A stretch of 64,000 bases of DNA from NCBI GenBank assembly GCA_028686985.1, contig JAQUBA010000001.1:81194-145193 (forward strand), in the 5' to 3' direction. This stretch comes from Candidatus Iainarchaeum sp. GTDB lineage: Archaea; Micrarchaeota; Micrarchaeia; Anstonellales; Bilamarchaeaceae. The translations under genes were made by a program, and so were the position numbers. Positions 26,601 through 35,529 of the stretch are shown in pieces. Positions within the stretch are counted from its first letter, which is position 1. The number at the start of each line of letters is the position of its first letter. The notes beneath the pieces are model-generated. The model was not told where the DNA came from, did no database searches, and worked only from the letters and a program-made list of their open reading frames with translations.

Positions 26601-28286
26601 ATGGCTGAAGTGCTACCTGGTTACCAGAATAGAAGTGGCGGCGGCGGGAAGGGCCTGTTTTTCATAGTGGGCATTCTCCTCGGCGCCCTGGCCCTGTTCC
26701 TCCTGTTCTACTTTTTCGGGCAGCAATGCTGCGGAACGCAACAGGCAACCGGCGTGTTCCAGGGAGGCGACACCACGATAATCCGCGATTCCGGCGGCAA
26801 CATCATCACCTACAATCCGCGCGACCAGGGTACGAGCACAACCTACACGGACCCGTCCGGAAGGGAGAGGGAGCTCCTCTGTTATGAATCGTTATACTGC
26901 GTGGAGGAATGTCCCGGCTGCACAAATGAAACATGTGAGCAGGGGGAATGCGTCCCCGACGGCTCGAACTGTGGCTATGGCACGGTTTCGCGCACAACCC
27001 TCGCCCGCCTCACGGATTACAGCACGTTCTATGGAGACTGCTGCGAAGGGTATGCCTGCGTCAACGGCTACTGCAGGAGGGGCGAGTGCATTAACCGCGA
27101 CGGGATGTGCGGCTACGGCCCCACGAGCAACACCTACGTCGCGAACAATCCGACTTATTATGGGGAATGCTGCGAGGGCTACGATTGCATAGACGGCTTC
27201 TGCACCCCACCGACGCAGGGGGAATGCGTTGAAGAGGGGGTTTCCTGCGGCTACGGCGCAACCACAGTGACCGCGCTGATTCCCGATGTATCCAATTACT
27301 ACGGCAGATGCTGCGGCGACCTCGCCTGCGTGGACGGCACGTGCCAGCAGACCGACGAATGCACGGATGTCGGTTCGTTCTGCGGCTACGGCCCCAGGAC
27401 TTATACCAACGATTACCAAATGCCTACGTATTACGGCGAATGCTGCGGCGACTACCAGTGCGTCAATGGCTACTGCACTCCGCCCGGCCAGACGTGCATA
27501 CAGACCGGGGGCACATGCGGCTACGGGACCACCTACACAACAGTGGCTCCTCCCGCAGGCGCGACCTACTACGGGACCTGTTGCCAGGGCGACTACTGCT
27601 ACAACGGCAGGTGCGTCCCTGAGCAGGGATGCAGCGGGCAGGGGCAGACCTGCGCAACCGGCCAGATAGAATGCTGCGAAGGATACACCTGCACGGACGG
27701 TATCTGTGCAACCCCATGCACCCTGAAGGGCGCCAGGTGCACCTACGATTCTGAGTGCTGCGAGGGCACTTGGTGCATGGACGGCTCCTGCACAGACGCT
27801 TGCGTCAGCACCGCCGGCAGCTCCTGCCTCCCCGGCAGGAAAGACTGCTGCGAGGGCATGTTGTGTTCCAACGGAAGGTGCGTGAGCGAGTGCAAGAAGA
27901 GCGGCTCCTGCTCCTCAGATTCCGACTGCTGTGACGGCTATTACTGCAGCGACAACCGGCAGTGCACGCCCACGCCTTCGTGCGAGACCTCGGGCAGGTG
28001 CTCAGGCGATTCCGACTGCTGCGATGGATACTACTGCAGCGAAAACGGCTACTGCACCGTGGTCCCGTCCACCTGCTACGACAGCGACGGGGGCAACTAC
28101 TATTCCCCGGGCGGCTATGCGGTCGGGTACCTGGACGGCGTGTTCGGCACGTATTACGACTATTGCGAGGACGATTACCATGTGATGGAATACACGTGCG
28201 CCGCCAGCTCTAACCAGGTAATCAGCGCGGCATACACCTGCGCTTACAGGTGCGCGGACGGGGCGTGCAGCCAGTCTTATCGGTAG
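26601..28286 (+). CDS. Membrane-anchored cysteine-rich surface protein with ten knottin-spaced 6-Cys modules
   Basis: ATG is about 35 nt downstream of TTTATAAG (26561..26568). TM anchor GLFFIVGILLGALALFLLFYFF. Ten modules of C-x5-7-C-x5-22-CC-x4-C-x4-5-C, then a C-terminal CYDSDGGNYY...DYC...EYTC domain. About 73 Cys in 561 aa. Confidence 0.75.
   Translation: MAEVLPGYQNRSGGGGKGLFFIVGILLGALALFLLFYFFGQQCCGTQQATGVFQGGDTTIIRDSGGNIITYNPRDQGTSTTYTDPSGRERELLCYESLYCVEECPGCTNETCEQGECVPDGSNCGYGTVSRTTLARLTDYSTFYGDCCEGYACVNGYCRRGECINRDGMCGYGPTSNTYVANNPTYYGECCEGYDCIDGFCTPPTQGECVEEGVSCGYGATTVTALIPDVSNYYGRCCGDLACVDGTCQQTDECTDVGSFCGYGPRTYTNDYQMPTYYGECCGDYQCVNGYCTPPGQTCIQTGGTCGYGTTYTTVAPPAGATYYGTCCQGDYCYNGRCVPEQGCSGQGQTCATGQIECCEGYTCTDGICATPCTLKGARCTYDSECCEGTWCMDGSCTDACVSTAGSSCLPGRKDCCEGMLCSNGRCVSECKKSGSCSSDSDCCDGYYCSDNRQCTPTPSCETSGRCSGDSDCCDGYYCSENGYCTVVPSTCYDSDGGNYYSPGGYAVGYLDGVFGTYYDYCEDDYHVMEYTCAASSNQVISAAYTCAYRCADGACSQSYR
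26949..28073 (+). repeat. Tandem coding repeat: 5 long (about 45 aa, CGYG...YYGxCC) plus 5 short (about 28-31 aa) six-cysteine modules
   Basis: Modules read directly from the translation, e.g. CSGQGQTCATGQIECCEGYTCTDGIC and CKKSGSCSSDSDCCDGYYCSDNRQC. Confidence 0.75.
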
Positions 28287-28819
28287 CCCTTCCGTATATT
28301 TTTCCCTTTTTCCGCCGGCTCCAGCGATATCGCCGCGCCCCCAAAATTGGACTGGAAGCCCCGCTCCAGCTCCTTCCCGCCCTGCATCCTGTCCAGCGTA
28401 ATCGCCAGGGCTGCAATCTCTGAATGCGGCTGGTTCCCAATAGCAATATTGAAATCAGCCAACCGGTAAACTTCTGCAGGCACCTTTTCCGCCCCCACCA
28501 CAACAAGGACTTTCTTTTTTTCTGCAATCCCCGGCATCTTCTCCGGGAGCGGCATCCCGTACATGGTGAGGTGCACCACCGCCCAGCCGTCCTTTTTCAT
28601 CCTTTCAATCCGCGCGATGGGCTTTGGCTCATATTCTATGGAAAATTCCCCACCCCAATTATCAGCAATCCTCTTGACGCTCCTCTCCAGCGAGCCGTCC
28701 TTCTGCCCCGAATAGATTGCCCCCTCCGCCCCGAAAGCCCTGGAAGTGAGGCAAACGTGCGTCGTCATCCTTTCGTCCCGCGGGAGCCGGTGCCCGAGCC
28801 TGAGGACCCCAATCTGCAT
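28277..28819 (-). CDS. trm56: tRNA (cytidine56-2'-O)-methyltransferase aTrm56 (SPOUT)
   Basis: Internal ATG chosen: MQIGVLRLGHRLPRDERMTTHVCLTSRAFGA, the characteristic aTrm56 N-terminus. 180 aa. TATA-like box about 25 nt upstream. Confidence 0.8.
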   Translation of the reverse strand: MQIGVLRLGHRLPRDERMTTHVCLTSRAFGAEGAIYSGQKDGSLERSVKRIADNWGGEFSIEYEPKPIARIERMKKDGWAVVHLTMYGMPLPEKMPGIAEKKKVLVVVGAEKVPAEVYRLADFNIAIGNQPHSEIAALAITLDRMQGGKELERGFQSNFGGAAISLEPAEKGKNIRKGYR

Positions 28820-28962
28820 GATATGAGTTCCTCCCCATATGCTTAAAAACAACCTTTGCGCAATTATTACCGTGGCGATGACCGCACCGTCCCAGACTGA
28901 TGGATGATGACCAGAGTAGCTAACGAGCCACATCATTTTTATAGATTATAACCGAATGACGG

Positions 28963-29913
28963 ATGGGGAACATGGACATTCTCGCCGCGGTATTAACGAT
29001 TCTCGGGCTATGCCTTTTCGAGACCGTCAGCAGCGTAGACAATGCGATAATAAACGCGGACATCCTCTCAAAGATGTCCCAACGCGCGAGGAAATGGTTC
29101 CTCCTCTGGGGAATCCTCTTCGCCGTCTTCATTGTCCGTGGCCTGCTCCCGCTCCTCATAATCTGGGTGGCAAACCCGCAAATCGGATTATACGGCGCCT
29201 TCACCGCCACCTTCAGCGAGGACCCCATGGTCGTGGATGCGATGGAACAGTCCGCCCCCGTCCTCCTCATAGGCGGCGGCGTCTTCCTCATCTTCCTCTT
29301 CTTCCACTGGCTCTTCCTAGAGCCCAAGCAATACGGGCTGTGGGGCGAGAGGTTCATCTCCTCCCAGGGAATCTGGTTTTTCGCCGTTGTCTCCATTCTC
29401 CTCTCCGTAATCGTTTGGTTCGCAATCCAAATCAACCCCATAATGGCCTTCGGGGCAGTCGTCGGCTCCACCGCCTTCTTCATAACCCACGGCTTCAAGC
29501 AGAACGCGGAGCTGCGCGAGAAGGAGCTCATGGAGGGTTCCAGCAACCTCTCGGACCTAAGCAAGCTGATGTACCTTGAGGTGATAGACCTCACGTTCTC
29601 CATAGACGGCGTACTGGGCGCATTCGCCTTCACGCTCGCCGTGCCCCTCATCCTCATAGGGAACGGCTTGGGCGCGGTTGTCGTCCGGGAACTGACCATA
29701 AAGGGGATAGAGCAGGTGCGCAAATACGCCTACCTCAAGAATGGCGCGATGTATTCCATCTTTTTCCTGGGCGCAATCATGCTGCTGGACGGCTTCGGCT
29801 TTGAAATCCCGGCCTGGCTCTCGCCCATAATAACCTTTGCGATAGTCGGCTACTTCTACTGGAAATCCCTCCAGAAGCTCAATGGGGAGTCCGCCGCGCC
29901 CGCCCCTGCATGA
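28963..29913 (+). CDS. TerC-like/DUF475 integral membrane protein
   Basis: ETVSSVDNAIINADIL and a second FSIDGVLGAF repeat; about 8 TM segments. Confidence 0.65.
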   Translation: MGNMDILAAVLTILGLCLFETVSSVDNAIINADILSKMSQRARKWFLLWGILFAVFIVRGLLPLLIIWVANPQIGLYGAFTATFSEDPMVVDAMEQSAPVLLIGGGVFLIFLFFHWLFLEPKQYGLWGERFISSQGIWFFAVVSILLSVIVWFAIQINPIMAFGAVVGSTAFFITHGFKQNAELREKELMEGSSNLSDLSKLMYLEVIDLTFSIDGVLGAFAFTLAVPLILIGNGLGAVVVRELTIKGIEQVRKYAYLKNGAMYSIFFLGAIMLLDGFGFEIPAWLSPIITFAIVGYFYWKSLQKLNGESAAPAPA

Positions 29914-29926
29914 GCCGCATCCGTAT

Positions 29927-30520
29927 CTATTTTCCCCAGATAATTTCCGATACAACCCGCGGCTCCCCTTTCCTATACGCCAGGTAAAGGAGCGGCACCC
30001 CCACGAATGTGAGCATGAGGGTGAAGGGAAAGAGCAATCCGCTCTGCGGCACGTTGTTAGGGCTCAGCCCGCCCCAGTAATCCATCAAATCATTTACGAG
30101 GAACCACGCGAGCACCGCAACGAAGTGCCAGCGCTCCACCCTTATTTTCCCCACGAAAGCCAGCGACTCAACCGCCATCCCGATGTGCGTCACCAGCATC
30201 ACCAGATAAAGCCCGGCGACCGCTGGCGCGAAGAAATGCTGGTTGAAATACAGCAGCACGGACACGGTCCATATGCCATATTTCAGCGCATACGCCGCAG
30301 CAAGGAACGGGAAGAAGTTCCCCCCCTTCCCCGCCCATACGAGCGCAAAGGCAGCCGCCATCAGCAGCACCGCCAGCGGGCAGTCGGGCACGAAAATCCA
30401 CAGCAGCACCGGCGTGATGGTGAGCTGGTTCACATAGTATATGAAAAACCCGAAGTATGCGCCGATGAGGTTAGCCAGTATCACCAGCGGCAGCAATATC
30501 CCGTATCTTCTTCCCACCAT
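29927..30520 (-). CDS. DUF1405-like polytopic membrane protein
   Basis: Multi-TM protein with WIFVPDCPL and HIGMAVESL blocks. Start moved to MVGRRYG because the TATA-like box abuts the track start. Confidence 0.55.
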   Translation of the reverse strand: MVGRRYGILLPLVILANLIGAYFGFFIYYVNQLTITPVLLWIFVPDCPLAVLLMAAAFALVWAGKGGNFFPFLAAAYALKYGIWTVSVLLYFNQHFFAPAVAGLYLVMLVTHIGMAVESLAFVGKIRVERWHFVAVLAWFLVNDLMDYWGGLSPNNVPQSGLLFPFTLMLTFVGVPLLYLAYRKGEPRVVSEIIWGK

Positions 30521-30591
30521 CCGTCTTTCCCCCATTCGGCTTATAATTCCTCGTCAGGGGCAGGAATGCGGACGTGCTGAGGATATGAAAA

Positions 30592-31110
30592 TCAGATTTT
30601 CCCTTTCTTCCAAATCTCCTCGCCCATCCCCTGCTTCGCGTTCTCAAGCCGGGCTAAAACAAACAGCAGGTCGCTCAGCCTGTTCAAATACTTAATCAGC
30701 ATCTTGTCCGCCTTCGCCGAAACCAATCTCCTCTCCGCCCTCCTGCAGATAGTGCGGGCGCAATGCAGCAAAGCCGCCTCCTTCACGCCCCCCGGAATGA
30801 TGAAATGCTTGAGCGGTTTCAGCCTCTCCTCCACGACGTCTATGTCCTTCTCCAGCGTTTTTACGTCCGCCTCCCCCACCGGAACCTCACCGGAGAAGAT
30901 GGAGGCCCCGATGTCAAAAATCCCCTTCTGCACCTTCTTCAGTATCGCCTGCGTCCCCTTGCTCGGCGAAAAGGCGAGCGCAAGCCCCAAAAACGAGTTC
31001 AACTCGTCCAGCGAGCCGTATGCCTCCACCAGCGAATCGTCCTTCCTTACCCTCCTCCCGGCATGGGCGGCAGTTTCGCCCGTGTCCCCGGTGCGGGTGT
31101 AGATGCCCAA
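30592..31110 (-). CDS. ATP:cob(I)alamin adenosyltransferase, PduO type
   Basis: MGIYTRTGDTGET...VEAYGSLDELNSFLG...IPGG...LHCARTICRRAER. Confidence 0.85.
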   Translation of the reverse strand: MGIYTRTGDTGETAAHAGRRVRKDDSLVEAYGSLDELNSFLGLALAFSPSKGTQAILKKVQKGIFDIGASIFSGEVPVGEADVKTLEKDIDVVEERLKPLKHFIIPGGVKEAALLHCARTICRRAERRLVSAKADKMLIKYLNRLSDLLFVLARLENAKQGMGEEIWKKGKI

Positions 31111-31115
31111 TCAAA

Positions 31116-31334
31116 TCACTTTGAAACCTTGATGCAGCTCACCGGGCAGGACGCCGCCGCCTCGGTATTGCATTCTGCCCCCGGAAGCTCAAGCTCAAAC
31201 TTCTCGCTGCCCGTGCTCTTCCCGCCCTTCAGGTGGGACTTCCCGTCGCCCTTCATCTCCCAGTACTTCGGGCATACTGCCGCGCACGCGCCGCACCCTA
31301 TGCATATGTCCCTCATGTGCAATACTTTCGCCAT
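31116..31334 (-). CDS. Small ferredoxin (single 4Fe-4S-type cluster)
   Basis: 72 aa; CIGCGACAAVCP ... CPVSCI. Confidence 0.75.
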   Translation of the reverse strand: MAKVLHMRDICIGCGACAAVCPKYWEMKGDGKSHLKGGKSTGSEKFELELPGAECNTEAAASCPVSCIKVSK

Positions 31335-31365
31335 ATCAATCCCTCTTTTGCATCTTCTCTAATCA

Positions 31366-32250
31366 TTATATTCCTTTCTTCAGCTCTTCCGCGATTACCG
31401 CCCCAATCTTATCCTGCGCTTCAAATGTGCTCCCGCCAATGTGCGGAGTGAATATCACATTCTCCAATTCCAATAATTTCCCTTTATACGGCTCCTCCCC
31501 GTACACATCCAGCGCAGCGCCGCCGAGTTTCCCTTCCTTTAGCGCATTGTACAAGGCATCCTCATCCACCATGCTCCCCCGCGCCAGGTTTATGAGGTAC
31601 GCCCCCTTCTTCATCTTCCCTATCGTTTCCGCATTGATCATGTTCTCGGTTTCCTTGGAAGCGCCCGCGTGTATCGTAATCACGTCCGAATGCGCGAGCA
31701 GTTCATCCAGCTCTGCATATTTCACCCCGGCGCAATCAATGCGCGGGGGCGGATTGTAAGCAACCACCCTCATACCGAGCGCCTGCGCCTTGTGCGCGAC
31801 CATGCACCCTATCCTTCCGCACCCGATTATCCCCAGCGTCTTCCCTTCAGTCTCATGCCCCATGAGCGCCTTCTTCTCCCATCTCCCGCCCTTCATTGAG
31901 TGGTGCGCCCGCCCCAAATTCCTCATGAGCGCTATAACCAGCCCAAGCGCCATCTCCGCAACCGCATTCGTGGATGCGGAGGGGGTGTTTTTCACCGCAA
32001 TCCCGCGCGCCTTGCACGCCTCCACGTCTATGTTATCCACTCCGACGCCCGCCCGGAACACTATTTTGAGCTTCGGTGCCTTGCCCAATAATTCTTTGGT
32101 CACTTTGGTGGCGCTGCGCACCACCAGCACCTCCGCATCCGCAAGCTCCGCATCAAGGTTTGCGGGCTTATACGCCACCTCCCCCGCCTTTTTGATGTTC
32201 TCCACAGCCCCAGCTTCCAAATCGTCCGAAATCACTATCTTCATCTTCAC
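31366..32250 (-). CDS. serA: D-3-phosphoglycerate dehydrogenase / D-2-hydroxyacid dehydrogenase (short form, no ACT domain)
   Basis: GIIGCGRIGCMVA NAD motif, LINLARG, TPHIGGST. Confidence 0.75.
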   Translation of the reverse strand: MKMKIVISDDLEAGAVENIKKAGEVAYKPANLDAELADAEVLVVRSATKVTKELLGKAPKLKIVFRAGVGVDNIDVEACKARGIAVKNTPSASTNAVAEMALGLVIALMRNLGRAHHSMKGGRWEKKALMGHETEGKTLGIIGCGRIGCMVAHKAQALGMRVVAYNPPPRIDCAGVKYAELDELLAHSDVITIHAGASKETENMINAETIGKMKKGAYLINLARGSMVDEDALYNALKEGKLGGAALDVYGEEPYKGKLLELENVIFTPHIGGSTFEAQDKIGAVIAEELKKGI

Positions 32251-33323
32251 ACCTTTCTTATGACGCTTTCCAGGGCGTCCAATCCGATCTCTATGTTCTT
32301 CCTGTCAAAGAGCCCCATGTGCGCCATGCGCAGCCCGTTGTCCTTGTATTCCGCCTTGCACCCTACAATAGTAATCCCATACTTCTCAAGCAGCGTCTTC
32401 TTCACTTCCGCTGCCTTGGCGTGCTTGAACGCGGTGAGGGACCAGGACTCAAACCCCTTCTCCGGGAGCAGTTCCAATCCCATCCCCACAATCCTCCCGC
32501 GCACGTATTCCGAAATCACGCGGTGCTTCTCCACCCATGCGGAAACCCCACCTTCCCCGTCCATGTGGTCGTAGCACTTCTGTATCGCCCAGAACACCGT
32601 AATGGCGGGGGTGTTCGGGCTCTGCCCCTTCTCCCTGTAGAGCTTCCTGTGCCTTTTGAGGTTGCAATAGTGGGAAGGTATCCTCTCCCTCCCCTCAAAC
32701 CTCTCAATGGCCGCCTTGCCCAGCCCCAGGATGGCGGCCCCGGGAGGCGCGCCAATCGCCTTCTGGCATCCCGTAGCAAAGAAATCCACCCCGAATTCCT
32801 TCATGTCCATGGGCAAAGAGGGCCACGCGGACACGGAGTCCATTATCGTGAGCATGCCCTTCTTCTTCGCATACTGGTAAATCTCCTTGGCGTGGTTGCG
32901 CACGCCATACCCCGTCTCGTTATAGACCATCCCAAGGACAGTGGCATCAGAAGCGTCTATGTGCTCCTTCGCCCTCTCAAGGTTCCATCCCTTTCCCGCG
33001 GGCATGGACTTCTTGTCCACGTCCGTATAGACCTTCGCCGTCTCGGCCAGCAGATCCCCGAAGTTCCCGTTGCTCAGCACGAGCATCTTCTCGTTGGGAA
33101 GGCAGCAGTTCGCTATGCACGCCTCAATCCCCAATGTGCCCGAGCCCGTGATAACATATGCCTCTTCCGCATTCAGGTATTTCTGGCTCCTCGTGCACAA
33201 ATCCGTATACAATGCCTTGAAAAGCGCGCTCCGGTGCGTGTACATCTCCTGCACCTGCGCAAGCATTATCTCCTCCGGCACATAGACCGGCCCTGGCGCA
33301 AACAACAATCCCATCCATTTCAC
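32247..33323 (-). CDS. Class V aminotransferase (phosphoserine / serine-glyoxylate aminotransferase type)
   Basis: PGPVYVPEEI, DSVSAWPS, ATGCQKAIGAPPG (PLP lysine). ATGA overlap with the serA-like gene. Confidence 0.75.
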   Translation of the reverse strand: MKWMGLLFAPGPVYVPEEIMLAQVQEMYTHRSALFKALYTDLCTRSQKYLNAEEAYVITGSGTLGIEACIANCCLPNEKMLVLSNGNFGDLLAETAKVYTDVDKKSMPAGKGWNLERAKEHIDASDATVLGMVYNETGYGVRNHAKEIYQYAKKKGMLTIMDSVSAWPSLPMDMKEFGVDFFATGCQKAIGAPPGAAILGLGKAAIERFEGRERIPSHYCNLKRHRKLYREKGQSPNTPAITVFWAIQKCYDHMDGEGGVSAWVEKHRVISEYVRGRIVGMGLELLPEKGFESWSLTAFKHAKAAEVKKTLLEKYGITIVGCKAEYKDNGLRMAHMGLFDRKNIEIGLDALESVIRKV

Positions 33324-33324
33324 C

Positions 33325-34134
33325 TCAATAGATTACTATGACCGGCTCCGGGTATCTCCTGACATTCCCAGAATAAACCCTGTTCTTGAGCATCTCCAGC
33401 ATCAGCCGCCTCGCCTCGTCCTTGTTCTCAAACAGCCACCCCAACTTCATGTTCAGCCGCACCACCCTATTGGGAATAAGATGCCTTGTGGATTTGGGCG
33501 GAAAAGGGACCCCGCTCTTCGCCCTTTCCACCACTTCCTTCTTCGTATATGCCCTCCTGTAGAGGGCGGAAAGGCCGTCGTTGAGTATGGTGTCCCCGAA
33601 ATCGTCCGCAACATAGGTGACGTCCGGGTTGGTGCTCACGCCCGTGGAATCCACAACCGCCTTCTGCGCCTCCAGCAATTCCTTTATGGTGGAATACTTC
33701 CCCGGCGAGAGCAGCCACGCCTCCTTCCCCTGCCCGTTCTTCTTCCCGAGCATGAATGCCGCCCTGGACTCATTCAGCGCATCCATTCCGGCATTGAAAT
33801 CAACTTTCTCCATTTCCACCCCGGCCCCCTGGAACTGCCCCACCTCAAACGTCCTTGAGCACGGGTACCAGGTGCCCAGCTCAATCTTCGGGTCCTCATA
33901 ATCCACGGGCTGCACAGCCGCGTGGGGGCATTCCATGTCCTTCAGCACGGTCATGCGGTGGTTGCCGTCCAGGACCACGTGCTCCTTCTCGTCCATTATT
34001 ATCGGGTCCACCATCTGCCCGATGTTGAACATCGCCTCCTTCAGCCGCTTCAGGTTCTTGGGCACAATCTCCTCGTGCTGCAAAAGGATGGAGGTGTCCA
34101 CTACATCCAGTCGCCTGACCATTTCTTCAAGCAT
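33325..34134 (-). CDS. ParB/Srx-fold protein, candidate ADP-dependent serine kinase (SerK-like)
   Basis: LLQHEEIVPKNLKRL...VVLDGNHRMTVL is a ParB/sulfiredoxin-type motif. 1-nt spacer to the aminotransferase gene, so it is in the same operon as serA. Confidence 0.5.
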   Translation of the reverse strand: MLEEMVRRLDVVDTSILLQHEEIVPKNLKRLKEAMFNIGQMVDPIIMDEKEHVVLDGNHRMTVLKDMECPHAAVQPVDYEDPKIELGTWYPCSRTFEVGQFQGAGVEMEKVDFNAGMDALNESRAAFMLGKKNGQGKEAWLLSPGKYSTIKELLEAQKAVVDSTGVSTNPDVTYVADDFGDTILNDGLSALYRRAYTKKEVVERAKSGVPFPPKSTRHLIPNRVVRLNMKLGWLFENKDEARRLMLEMLKNRVYSGNVRRYPEPVIVIY

Positions 34135-34261
34135 AGGAACCCCTGCCCCGCTTTCCCGCCTAACGTTTATAAAACATCACAAGGGCGGAGTTATGCTGGA
34201 GAGAATACCGGGAGAATTTCATGGACACCATTATCTTCGAAGGGCCATATCTCTTACGTAA

Positions 34262-35529
34262 TTATTTTCTTTCTGCAGAGCCGCATTTCTTCGCTTGCGA
34301 GCCTCAGTAATGCCTCCATTGGATTGTGTAAGAACGTCCAATCTAGACTTTTAAAAGGCATAAATGGATGATAGAATGCAAACATTTATATATTGTTATC
34401 AATATTTAATCATAAACTCGTCCATTTTTGGACAAGAAGATAGCCAAGAGATCTGGTGGGACTATGGAAACGTATGCATTTTGGAACAATAAAGGCGGCA
34501 CGGGCAAGACAAGTCTGGCATTTCAGGCTATTACACGATACGCTGAAAAACACCCAAAGAAGCGGATACTTGCAATTGACATCTGCCCGCAAGCCAATCT
34601 TTCTGAGCTGATGCTGGGAGGCTTGAATAGGGGTAGCACCAAACTGCTCGCCCTTCATGCTCAAAAACCAAGGCGTAGCTTGGGTGGATACTTTCAGCTT
34701 CGCTTGCTATCGCCATACACCCCACCTCAGTTTAAGGCTAGCGATTATATCATCACACCGAATGCATTCAATACAGGAATTCCTTCTAACATTGACTTGG
34801 TATGTGGTGATCCTATGCTCGAGCTGCAAGCCAACGCGGTCAATAGTCTGGCGAATCAGGATGTTCCTGGTACGAAAGCATGGATCGCCGTCATTGACTG
34901 GTTGAAAACCTTCTTAGATCAGATAGAAGATAGATATGATGTTGTATTTATGGACTGCAATCCAAGCTTTTCAATGTACACCCAGATCGCCTTAGCATCA
35001 ACCAAGAAAATTATTTTGCCGGTCATGGCTGACGATTCTTCGCGCCGAGCAATTCAAAATGCGTTTTGCCTGATTTATGGGTTGAAGCTGCCTTCAGATA
35101 TTTACACCGCTTATGCTTTTGCCACTAAGCTTAAACTTGCGGACCGCCCACTCCCCAAAGTCCATTTAATTGCAAAAAATAGATTAACTCAATACATGGT
35201 GACGGCATCAGCCTATTTCGCAGTGTTAGCTGCAATTGATAACGACGTTCGACAATTGCTGGCAACAAATCCCGAATTCTTTTCGTTTACGAAATGGGAT
35301 GAAGGTTTCGTGGAAGTCAAGGATTTCCAGACCACAGGTGTCGTTGCCTTTGCGAAGGGTTTACCGTTCTCACGAGTAAAAGCAGGAAGGCAGTTTATCG
35401 ACAAGCACAGAGTTCAGGTAAAGCAGGAGTACTTAGATGACAGTATCCGGCATCTAGATCGGCTCGTTGCTAAACTATGAGCAGTTAGAACCAAGTCTGA
35501 TCTTACAATAGGGGCTTACAAAACCAGGA
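34262..35529. other. Low-GC patch (probable foreign insertion) abutting the 3' end of tRNA-Arg
   Basis: Visibly AT-richer than both flanks, with long AT runs at 34262..34427. Contains only the ParA-like gene. No integrase or att repeat found by eye. Confidence 0.5.
34464..35480 (+). CDS. ParA/MinD-superfamily ATPase (orphan)
   Basis: METYAFWNNKGGTGKTSLAF is a deviant Walker A at the N-terminus; VFMDCNPS is a Walker B-like motif. ATG at 34464 preferred over TTG at 34428. Codon usage differs from neighbours. Confidence 0.75.
   Translation: METYAFWNNKGGTGKTSLAFQAITRYAEKHPKKRILAIDICPQANLSELMLGGLNRGSTKLLALHAQKPRRSLGGYFQLRLLSPYTPPQFKASDYIITPNAFNTGIPSNIDLVCGDPMLELQANAVNSLANQDVPGTKAWIAVIDWLKTFLDQIEDRYDVVFMDCNPSFSMYTQIALASTKKIILPVMADDSSRRAIQNAFCLIYGLKLPSDIYTAYAFATKLKLADRPLPKVHLIAKNRLTQYMVTASAYFAVLAAIDNDVRQLLATNPEFFSFTKWDEGFVEVKDFQTTGVVAFAKGLPFSRVKAGRQFIDKHRVQVKQEYLDDSIRHLDRLVAKL

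Noticed and set aside
25379-28073. Tandem DNA repeats that might be mistaken for a CRISPR array or a satellite.
   Set aside because: The repeats are in frame and diverged at the DNA level but conserved at Cys/Gly/Tyr codons. There are no unique spacers, and they lie inside two long ORFs with signal or anchor sequences.
28880-28925. A C/D-box sRNA-like pattern (GCGATGA ... CTGA tgg ATGATGA) in the trm56/DUF475 intergenic region.
   Set aside because: I could not assemble a complete C-D'-C'-D arrangement with correct spacing or a terminal stem on either strand. The matches are short enough to occur by chance.
34135-34430. A search for an att-type direct repeat of the tRNA-Arg 3' half at the far end of the low-GC patch, and for an integrase gene.
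   Set aside because: I found no repeat of the GGGATTTGAACCC-type sequence and no recombinase ORF by eye. The mobile-element interpretation therefore stays tentative, and I did not call it a mobile_element feature.
33325-35480. A divergent ParB-fold gene plus a ParA-like gene, read as a chromosome or plasmid partition (parAB) locus.
   Set aside because: The ParB-fold gene has host composition and is translationally coupled to serine-metabolism genes. The ParA-like gene lies in a compositionally foreign patch. They do not look like a co-inherited pair, and I saw no centromere-like repeats.
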